Below, in pieces: positions 1-7,730 of a stretch of 18,348 bases of DNA. Origin of the DNA: Azolla caroliniana. Lineage: Eukaryota; Plantae; Polypodiophyta. The notes below the pieces were generated by a model that did no database searches, was not told the DNA's origin, and saw only the letters and a list, made by a program, of their open reading frames with translations. Positions within the stretch are counted from its first letter, which is position 1. Each line of letters starts with the position of its first letter. The translations under genes were made by a program, and so were the position numbers. The DNA is taken from NCBI GenBank assembly GCA_043228905.1, contig JBHGNT010000654.1:1-18348 (forward strand). The letters are read 5' to 3'.

Positions 1-342
1 GGTGTGTTTCCCTTGCTGGTTCTCGTCGCCTCCTCGACTCCTCCTACTTCCGGAGGCTCTAGAATTGCTGTCGGCATCACCACGATGCCTTCTTCCTTGC
101 TCCCATCAGCCGCCTCCATTGCACACCGATTCGCCTCGTCCACCACAACCACGGGGCCTATCTCCCTTCGTATACAACATCTTGCTGTCCGCGTGTGTAC
201 TCGCCGACGCACCCGCGTGATTCTCCTCTACAAGGAGCATTTACTGCAAGTCATAAAACGATGACGTATTGTCCTTTGTACAAATAGCAGTTCGGAATGC
301 TCCGAACTTCGACGCTAATCCTCTGAGGCAGATTTGCACCAT
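1..342 (-). pseudogene. Ty1/copia gag, downstream part (element A), disrupted; continues beyond the window start
   Basis: Minus-strand translation from 342 gives MVQICLRGLASKFGAFRTAICTKDNTSSFYDLQ*MLLVEENHAGASASTHADSKMLY...GRG...*WEQGRRHRG. This is the C-terminal half of a copia gag (UBN2/Retrotran_gag_2-like) with two in-frame stops, and it continues the gag piece at 2411-2810. Confidence 0.8.
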
Positions 343-353
343 TTTCCCTATTA

Positions 354-720
354 ATAGACTATATAATGTCTTACACGAGGAGTACGGGCACGATACTTCT
401 TTGGCTGCGATTAGTGTTATTTGGTTAACTATCTGAGGATTTAGGGTTTGGGTTTGAGGGTTTCGGGTATATGGGTTAACTGAGGGTTAAGGGTAAACTG
501 AGGTTTTTGGGTTTTTGGGTTAAATATCTTAAGGGTTTAGGGTTTGATAGACTATATGATGTATTGCACGAGGAAAGCAGGCACGATACTTATTTAGGCT
601 ACAACTAGTGTTATTAGGTTAACTATTCTTAGGGTTTAGGGGTTTGTTCTAAGGGCTTAGGGGTTTTTTCTGAGGGTTTAGGGTATATGGGTTAAAATAT
701 TCTGAGGGTTTAGGGTAGTG
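354..720. repeat. Two diverged tandem copies of a ~193-bp unit at the 3' end of the PLE
   Basis: ATAGACTATATAATG…CACGAGG…GGCACGATACTT…TAGTGTTATTTGGTTAACTAT starts at 354 and a similar stretch starts at 547. Each copy is followed by TTAGGG/TGAGGG-rich sequence. Confidence 0.8.
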
Positions 721-870
721 TGTGCAAAAGTAAAGGTATTAAGGATTGGTAGGTTTAGGGTTTTAGTGGTAAGGGGAGACATGTTTGGAGAGGTATGATG
801 ATGAGGGTATGGGTTGGCGGGGATATAATGTGTTAGGGTTATTAGTTTAGGGTTGCGGGTATTGGGTAGG
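440..870 (+). repeat. Degenerate, interspersed plant telomere-like repeats (TTTAGGG and variants)
   Basis: Many TTTAGGG/TTAGGG/TGAGGG/TTTGGG units, e.g. near 440, 536, 629-641, 677, 709, 754 and 846. They are G-rich on + and are not a perfect array. Confidence 0.65.
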
Positions 871-1018
871 TTAAAGATTAAGGGAAAGAGGGGGGAGTGC
901 CACGTTTTACTTAGTGGGAATGAAATAGCATATATATTATAGAAAGCACAACTAACCACACACATAAAAACAATAGACACTTGAGAAAAAAAAAACTATT
1001 GATCAAACATATATTAAT

Positions 1019-1077
1019 ATGACCTATGTAGCAAACTAGTTTCACTCATATATGGAGCTCATCAGTGTTTAGGTCAT
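1019..1077 (-). ncRNA. Type I hammerhead ribozyme with a short palindromic stem III
   Basis: Minus strand reads ATGACCTA-AA-CA-[CTGATGA]-GCTC-CATATAT-GAGT-[GAAA]-C-TA-G-[TT]-TG-CTACA-TAGGTCAT. Core boxes CUGAUGA (1065-1059) and GAAA (1043-1040) are present, with stem II, an 8+2-bp stem I with an internal loop, and a GUU cleavage triplet. Predicted cut is between 1034 and 1033. Confidence 0.85.
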
Positions 1078-1419
1078 TTTCGAGTACAAAGGTAAGTTTA
1101 TATAGATTTGTGGTAAGGGGGGTGTAAGATGAGTGGTGGACAAGAGTGATAAATGTGAAAAGAAGTGAGGAGTATGGGAGGGAGTGGTGTAACACGGTGA
1201 TAAGGGGGCAAGATATGGTTTTGTAAAGGGAGGGAGTGGGTATCATGAGTTTGATAGAGATAAGTGGGTAACTAGAGGGTATAATAATGGTGATAAGTGG
1301 GTGACTGGAGGGTATGATAAGTGAGGGGAGGGGTATGTATATGTGTGTGATGGTGGGTAGTACGAGGTAAAGATGTGGGTGAAAAACGAGGGGAATACGA
1401 ATTTAATAGTTATGGGGAA

Positions 1420-1790
1420 TGAGGAGAGAGAGAGAGAGGGAGAAATTTAACTAATGAGAAGAGAGTGTGAAAAAAGGTGAGAAAAGAGAGAGGGAGAGAG
1501 AGAGAGAGAGAAAAAGAAAAAAAGAGAGACGTAGAGAAAAGGAAAGGTAGAGAGAGAAGGCAGAGAGGGAGAAGGGGGGAAAAAAGGAAAAGAAAAAAGA
1601 GGTGAGTTTTAGTGTGTAGAGAGGGAGAAAAGTAAAGGTAGAGAGAGAGGAAAAAGAAATGATTTAGAGAGGGAGAAAGATAAAGGTAGAGAGAGAAAGA
1701 GAAGGGGAGGGAAGGAGGAGATAGAGATAGAGAAAGGGAAAGTTAAGAGAGAAGAAATGTGAAGGTAGAGAGGGAGAAGATAGGGGGGGA
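1420..1790. repeat. GA-rich polypurine low-complexity / (GA)n tract in the PLE 3' region
   Basis: Nearly pure purines on the + strand, with (GA)n runs at ~1424-1437 and ~1484-1510. Confidence 0.85.
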
Positions 1791-1852
1791 TTCTCACGTG
1801 GTAAATATAGGGAGATAAAACTTGTGGTTTTAAAAAATAAAAATAAAGAGAG

Positions 1853-2410
1853 TTAGTGTGGATCTATAGTAATGTTTTTTGTGTTGACTAGTGAAGATTA
1901 TAGATTTTTAGATTTAGTTCAACAAATTATTGGTTTGGGGATGTGTTGTAGTAGAGGGTCTTCTTGGAGGTTTAAGTGTAGGCTAGTAAGGGTTTCTTTT
2001 ATTCCTAGATTAGGGGCTTGGTGTGTGAATTTTAGTTTAAAGATTATGGGTGTGGGGGTTTGGTTAATGGTTTTATTTGAGAGGAGAGTTGGTCTAAGGG
2101 AATAGGGGTGTTTTTTGAATATATTGAGGATAAAGTGTGTAGGGTATCCTCGTGCTCGTAGTCTATTAAAAAATAATTGTTGCATTTTTAAATAACCTTG
2201 GGCTGTACTTTCTCTAATAATGTATCTTTTAAGTTCGTTCGAGAGGAAGCTTTTTTTGACGTGGATAGGATGTGTCGAGGTGAAGGGTATATATTGGTAA
2301 GTATTAAGTTCTTTTTGAAAACAATTAAAGTTGAAATTATTATTAGCGAAGTTTATCCAAAGGTCGAGAAAAGGAAGTTTAGTGAGAGAGGTTTGGATGG
2401 TCAGTTTAAT
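1853..2410 (-). pseudogene. PLE reverse transcriptase C-terminal remnant (end of palm, thumb, C-terminal extension); no GIY-YIG endonuclease follows
   Basis: IKLTIQTSLTKLPFLDLWI…FQKELNTYQYIPFTSTHPIHVKKSFLSNELKRY…FFNRLRARGYP…KPIIC*TKSKNL*SSLVNTKNITIDPH*. LPFLD, Y-x-P-x-x-S-x-HP, RL-x-x-RGYP and the NL…LV tail are hallmark PLE RT motifs. Confidence 0.8.
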
Positions 2411-2810
2411 GGAGGCGAGGGAATCGCAAATATCCTTTATCTTGGAGGTGTAGTCAGCCACCGTCATGTTGCGTTGACGCACATTGCTCAACTCCTGTTG
2501 GAGTTGGAGCTTCCTGGCTGTGGTGCTTGCCGCGAAAATCTTTCTCAGATTTCCCTAAGCATCCTTCGGCATTCTGGCATCCCGAATGTAGCTCAGAAGC
2601 TATTTGCCCACATAGGACGCGAAGCAGTAGAGAAGTTTGCTCGCAGAATGTTCCCAGGTTGGGAAGTCTCTGTGTCAATTCGGGTGCTACATCATTTGCT
2701 CCATTGACATAGCTCTAGTAACCATGTCCGAGTAGGTATTGGTGCATGTTGTACGACCAAGATGCATAGTTACTTCTGTCGAGCTTCTCAGTTGGAAGAG
2801 AACTAGCCAT
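2411..2810 (-). pseudogene. Ty1/copia gag, N-terminal part (element A), with stops and a frameshift
   Basis: ATG at 2810: MASSLPTEKLDRSNYASWSYNMHQYLLGHGY*SYVNGA…LLSYIRDARMPKDA*GNLRKIFAASTTARKLQLQQELSNVRQRNMTVADYTSKIKDICDSLASI. It has the copia gag N-terminal motif KL-x3-NY-x2-W and lies just downstream of a PBS. Confidence 0.85.
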
Positions 2811-2911
2811 ACCTCTATCCATTTTTTTTTCCTTTTCGTTTTTCACCGAGATTAGGTTTTTTTGTTGTTTGTTTCGAGCTGAAGTCGGCTACAAAGGTTC
2901 TCAACCCTCGC

Positions 2912-2923
2912 GCTCTGATACCA
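2912..2923 (-). promoter_or_regulatory. Primer binding site (initiator tRNA-Met) of copia element A
   Basis: + GCTCTGATACCA = minus TGGTATCAGAGC, directly adjacent to TG at 2924. Confidence 0.9.
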
Positions 2924-3439
2924 TGTGAAATGTTAAGTGCGGAAGCTATACGAACCATTGAAAACCAACAGAGAAGAAACAAGTTTAATGGAGAGCTTAA
3001 GACACAATGTACACGGGAGAGACAGAGAGGGAATACAACTAAATTCGAATAATATGAAAAACTCTGTACATAGGATGTGCTCAGGGAGCACTTTTATACA
3101 AGTCCATACGGATTGACAGAAGTATTGACACTTACTTCAATGCTCATAACTGGGCTCCTACACTAACTCCCAAATATATTCCCTCGTGGAATATCTATTC
3201 AACGGCCTCTTGGTTTCAGGACTGATCCGGCCTCTTGTTGCGTACCGGTTTACGCATCGATTCGGCCAATGTTGAGCTTGTATCTCAACAGGTTTGTGAA
3301 AATCTTCCTCGGTCTGGGTGGATGTTGTTGTTAGAGCGTTGTGAAAATCTGTCACTATGTGCGGATCGCGAGGCGGAACCGCCGAGGATTTGGACTAGAA
3401 GGATTTAGTGCAACACATATAACACAAGCAAATTTCACA
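2924..3439 (-). repeat. 5' LTR of copia element A (outer boundary uncertain, 3415 or 3439)
   Basis: Abuts the PBS and begins TGTGAAAT. ATTTCACA (3432-3439) is the exact reverse complement of that start; an alternative end is CAACA at 3415. The partner LTR is outside the window. Confidence 0.6.
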
Positions 3440-3537
3440 TCTAAGACGAGTATATGAGAGAAAACATTCGTTTATTGCATAAGAAAATAGATTCTTTTAT
3501 AATTCAAGAATCTTGTTACAACAGGTTGGAGATGAAA

Positions 3538-3670
3538 ATGAGAGATAAAATTTTTAAAGAAAGGAGCCAACAACCATATGAGTGGTCCAATATGAATATG
3601 AGAGATTATTTTTGAAAGGAAGGAGCCAAGAACCATGTAAGGAGTGGTCCGATATCAATATGAGAGAGAT
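3538..3670. repeat. ~61-bp tandem duplication
   Basis: ATGAGAGAT…AAGGAGCCAA-AACCAT…GAGTGGTCC-ATAT-AAT occurs twice (from 3538 and 3598), plus the start of a third copy. Confidence 0.8.
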
Positions 3671-3781
3671 TTCTTCCCCAAAGGAATGGGAGAGAGAAGA
3701 ATGAAGAAAAAAAAACTAGAGGGAAAAAATGGGACATATATCGAGCTCTTTGTTGATCCCTCCTTCCCAATGTTACTTTTC

Positions 3782-4020
3782 ATGTCCACTTTTAGTTGCA
3801 TGGCCTCTACTTTTAGTTGCATGCCTTTTACTTTTAGTTGCATGGCCTTGGCTTTTAGTTGCATGCGACCGCCCATATAATTCGGCCAAATGTCCACTTT
3901 TAGTTGCATGGCCTCTACTTTTAGTTGCATGCTTCCATTTTTAGTTGCATGCATTTTACTTTTAGTTGCATGGCCTTGGCTTTTAGTTGCATGCGACCGC
4001 CCATATAATTCGGCCAAATG
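3782..4020. repeat. Higher-order minisatellite: nine ~21-bp units in two blocks
   Basis: Core (A/G)CTTTTAGTTGCATG is repeated 4 times and then 5 times. Each block ends in the identical CGACCGCCCATATAATTCGGCCAAATG. Confidence 0.95.
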
Positions 4021-4049
4021 ACCCAATCATCCATAAAGTTTAGCCTGTG

Positions 4050-4340
4050 CGCAATCCGTACGTGCGTTGCAACCAAACTGTAGACGTGTTCGCGCGCAAA
4101 AGTCCCGACCGTGTAGTGTACGCATCCATGCACGCATCCGCACACACGCGCCATGTATGCATCCACACACTCGTCTGCACACATGTGTCCGTCTGAAACA
4201 TCCATGCAGCCGTGCACACGTACGCCCGAAACTTGCACACGCATGTACGTTCGAAAACGTGCACTGCACGTACGCCTGAAGTGTCCACCACACGGTCCTG
4301 CACACACACGTACGTCCAAAACATGCACACCACACAGTGT
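4050..4340. repeat. Alternating purine-pyrimidine (CA/CG/TG) low-complexity tract
   Basis: Recurrent CACACACG, CACGTACG, GCATGT and TGCACAC motifs; CpG-rich compared with the flanks. Confidence 0.7.
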
Positions 4341-4635
4341 AGCCCAAGTCACCTTGAACATTCTATGCTCCACACATTGATATAATGAATATGTTTTGGT
4401 TTCCCTTATATATCCTAGGTTCCAATGTTGTCCTATCTATGTGGGATATCTCATAGTTTTGTCATTTTTTTTCCCCCTTCAAACTTCACACTCACATAAC
4501 TTGATACTTGTTTATCTGTTTCATGCGTAGTAAAATACGCTATGAAGACATCTATCTTTCCATATGAATACATTAAGCTAACCTTAAATAATTGTTTGAC
4601 TAGTTTTCATATCGTGTGTGAAAAACCACACGACA

Positions 4636-4648
4636 TTCACCCCCACCC
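4636..4648 (-). promoter_or_regulatory. Polypurine tract of the gypsy element
   Basis: Minus GGGTGGGGGTGAA is followed directly by TGTCGTG, about 50 nt after the integrase stop (4700). Confidence 0.7.
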
Positions 4649-4699
4649 AACCTGCACATCCACCGGTATGTGCCAATTGTGGTGAGGTTCCTCTTTTAA

Positions 4700-7095
4700 T
4701 TACTCTTTTTCAGCCTCGATGTTCGAGGCTATATCATCTAGAGCTTCAATCTCAAGATTTGGGGCCTCTCTTCTCTTAAAGATCTTGATTCTTTTTCCTG
4801 CAATTGGCAAAGCAAGTCGAGTTCCATCTAACTCTGCTAAAAAATAGGTTGCATTGCTTTCTATTTTCTTGACCATATACGGGCCAAACCATTGTTTTAC
4901 AAACTTTCGAGCAGTGCTATATTGATTATCGAGACTACTATCATAGACAAGAACCCAATCTCCTTCTTCAATTTTTCTTTGTCGAAGACGATGCTTTCTA
5001 TCAAAATTCTCCTTGTTCTTCAATCGAGCTTGGCGCAACCGTTATATTGCCAACTTGACATCTTCAGACCTTCGTTCTAGTTGTTGAATCCTCGTGGCTA
5101 ACAAGTCTTCTTGACTCATTTCCTCTTGCCATGGCAAAGATGTCCACGAAGCAACACTTTGCTCGATAGACATTATTGGTTTTTGCCCTAATATGAGTTT
5201 GGTCGGCATATATCCTGTAGTCGTGCTATGTGTAGTTCTATCAACCCACAATGCATAAGGTAGTAATCGTGGCCAATTCCCCATCTTGCCGTTGCAAGCC
5301 TTTGCTAGAGCTTTTACAATCAGACTATGTCCTCATTCCACCTTCCCATTTGCGTCCGGGTTGTATGCCATGGTGAGCGTTAGTTCGACACCTATTCTTG
5401 AAAAGAATTCTTTAGCTTTGCATCTAATTCTCCCCTATTAGCTACTATTTTGCCAATACATCCGTATCAACAAATAACATCTACAAGGAGAAATTTACAA
5501 ACTGCCGAAGATATTTTATTCCTTAGCGCCTGTCCTTCTACTTGGTTGGTGAGATCCTCTCTTGCTAGCACGAGATACTTCATTTGCCCCAATCCCATTG
5601 GCATAACCACTATGTCTACCAACCACTTATAATGCATTGATAATGGATATGTCGGATGAAGTTCATCCCTATGTTGAATATTCGAGTATAATTGGCATTG
5701 CTCACATGTTTCAACATAGCTTGCTACATCTTTGTAAACACTCGGCCACCAATACTTCTCCTTGAGCTTTGCAAATGTTGTCCATATACCTCGATGACCT
5801 GCCCACACACTATCATGAAATTCAGCAATTAGTGTTTGTTGATCTTATTTCTTGCACACCACTCGAAGTGGAGTTCCATTCTTCTTCTTTGGAAACTTCC
5901 ATAGATGTCCTTCTTTGAGGAAGAACTTGTAGGCCTTCTTCCTAATTTGGTAGAAGCCTTCCTTTGACCATGATCCATCCTTTGTAAGAGAGCTTAAGTA
6001 CTTGCCAATTTCGATGAATTCACCCTCATAATCTTCTACTTTAAACACGGCAAGCACCCGAGCACAAGAAATTGTAAAGAAGTTTAGGCCAACATCTTCT
6101 TCGTCGGAGTGCAAATCTTCTTCACCCTCATACCTTGCCCTTGACAACATATTGGCCACCACATTATGCTTTCCATTTATATGTCGAATCTCGGGGTTGA
6201 GGGACTTGATATAGGCAATCCATCGCAGCATAGCAATATCCGGTGTAGCACAACTAGATATCATTCTGAGAATAGGTAGACAATCAGTTTCGATTATAAC
6301 CTCTGTTCCGATAAGGTAGTCACGATCGGTTTTAACCGCGGATACTATTCCCCATAGCTCTCTCTTTACTTGGGCATACTTCCTTTGTCTTTCGGTTAAC
6401 ACCTTTGCACCGAATTGGATTGCATACCGATTCTTTTCTTTGTCTTCTTGGTTTATCACCCATCGAATTCCGGTTGGGCTCGTATCCACCGTCACATATA
6501 TCGGGGTACCTTCGGTGTAGTTGGCTTTTCGCAGTGGCGGAGCTTCCAATAATAGTTTCTTTAACTTTTGAACCGCGTAGGTATGTTCATCTTCCCATTC
6601 GAACTTCTTCCTTTTCTTTAGCAATCCATACAATGGTTCAACGACATGAGCATAATGTGGAATCCATATGTGAAAGAATGCACATGCTCCCAAGAATCTT
6701 CGCACCTCTATTTGAGACACACATTCTTCTTTCATCTCTTGAATAACGTTCACCTTGGATGGAGATGGCTTTCGACCATAAGACCCACATAAGTGTCCTA
6801 CTACCAATATTTCTGGTTGACTGAATGTAGACTTCTCTCCTGAAAACGTGAGATTTGCATCCTCAAGCTTTTGCAACACTTTCTTGCTATCCTTTATATG
6901 ATCGATGACGAATCTTCGGCAACCATCTTCATCTTTCGATTCATCTTTTTCTTCCGCCAAGCATCCTTTGATTGGAATATCATCTAAGAAGGGCATTGTG
7001 ATATCAGGGATACAATCCCTCAACACTTTGTTCATGGCATTCACCATGTGAGCTACGGAATTTGTTGCACCTTGGAGTAAGGTGCACATCCTTAC
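4700..7095 (-). pseudogene. Gypsy pol: RT C-terminal half, RNase H, integrase (HHCC, core, GPY/F-SH3 tail)
   Basis: Motifs: QGATNS…FLDDIPIKG (RT); VTVDTS/RELWG/IETDC (RNase H); H-x6-GHRG…CEQC; WLVDIV…AYNPDANGKVE; WFGPY. In-frame stops at 5845, 5467 and 5042, a frameshift near 5420, and D>N at the second integrase Asp (VANRGE). Confidence 0.92.
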
Positions 7096-7717
7096 TGTTG
7101 AAAATCAGTGCTCGTCCACAACCGAGGAATAGGATCAACTCACAGAAAACGGGAAATACAATATGCACGAAGACAACAGAGAGAAAGGTACACAGGATGT
7201 TTTACGTGGAAAACCCTAAATGGGAAAAACCACGGGAGTCCTCAAACTCCAACTATCACTATAAACAGAGGTGTACAATGGTGAAGCTACAAGGCAACAA
7301 CCTTGAGCTCACTGTCTTCGCCACAGGCGGCGGTAATACACAGAGGCAACGACCTCTTCGTCTCTCTCTCTTTCTCTCTCTCTCGGCTGCTCTCACTTCG
7401 CATGAAAAATGAGCAACAACAGAAACTGTTTGCCCTAAGTCATATTTATACACATATGACTTTCGGGCTATTTACAAATATAGCCTCAAGGGCTCTTGGC
7501 AAACATATTCACAAATATGTCCCCGCATCCGGATCTCCCTCCGGGTACATTCGTCATCCGGCTCCGTAATCGGGGTCTTCAGCATCCGGCTCCGTAGCCG
7601 GGGTCTTCATCATCCGGCTCCGTAGCCGGGGTCTTCATCATCCGGCTCCGTAACCGCAATCGGGCTTGCCGTCATTCATCTCCGGACATCCCATCCGGAG
7701 GGACCGAAATCCCAACA
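7096..7717 (-). repeat. 3' LTR of copia B
   Basis: Matches 11833-12454 except at three positions found by eye (7155, 7570, 7660). Confidence 0.98.
7555..7655. repeat. 28-bp U3 tandem repeat (~3.6 copies); also at 12292-12392
   Basis: CATCCGGCTCCGTAGCCGGGGTCTTCAT units start at 7555, 7583, 7611 and 7639. Confidence 0.92.
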
Positions 7718-7730
7718 AACTCCCCCTTCA
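7718..7730 (-). promoter_or_regulatory. Polypurine tract of copia B, overlapping the ORF stop codon
   Basis: Minus TGAAGGGGGAGTT lies immediately before the 3' LTR. Confidence 0.9.

Larger units (their letters stand above)
351..2410 (-). mobile_element. 5'-truncated Penelope-like retroelement (PLE) inserted into the copia gag
   Basis: Sits between two halves of one gag (…DSLASI | MVQICL…). Contains a PLE-type RT C-terminus (1853-2410), a hammerhead ribozyme (1019-1077) and telomere-like repeats. Base composition is distinct (very C-poor on the + strand). TTAAT occurs at both junctions (351-355 and 2406-2410). Boundaries are approximate. Confidence 0.75.
3440..4635 (-). repeat. Probable 3' LTR of the gypsy element, interrupted on the left by copia A
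   Basis: On minus it begins TGTCGTGTGG immediately after a polypurine tract. TATATAA at 4412-4406 and AATAAA at 3476-3471. The left boundary is inferred only. Confidence 0.55.

Noticed and set aside
432-438. CTGAGGA as a second hammerhead core on the + strand
   Set aside because: There is no stem II, GAAA box or flanking helices.
440-870. True telomere or interstitial telomeric array from a chromosome fusion
   Set aside because: The units are degenerate, interspersed and embedded in an insert within a gag gene; there is no perfect (TTTAGGG)n run.
1919-2491. 190-aa ORF as a novel functional fusion gene
   Set aside because: It is a junction product of a dead copia gag and a truncated PLE RT. 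It starts at a non-ATG codon, the upstream gag has stops, and the RT catalytic core is missing.
3782-4020. CRISPR-like repeat/spacer appearance
   Set aside because: Linkers are only 5-6 nt and recur between blocks, the context is eukaryotic TE DNA, and there are no cas genes. It is a minisatellite.
3644-4380. ORFs with MQLKV repeats and Cys/His/Val-rich ORFs
   Set aside because: They are translations of the 21-bp minisatellite and the RY low-complexity tract.
4612-4633. Hairpin TCGTGTG-N8-CACACGA as a terminator
   Set aside because: It lies at the very start of the gypsy LTR in a eukaryotic context, is short, and has no supporting evidence of function.
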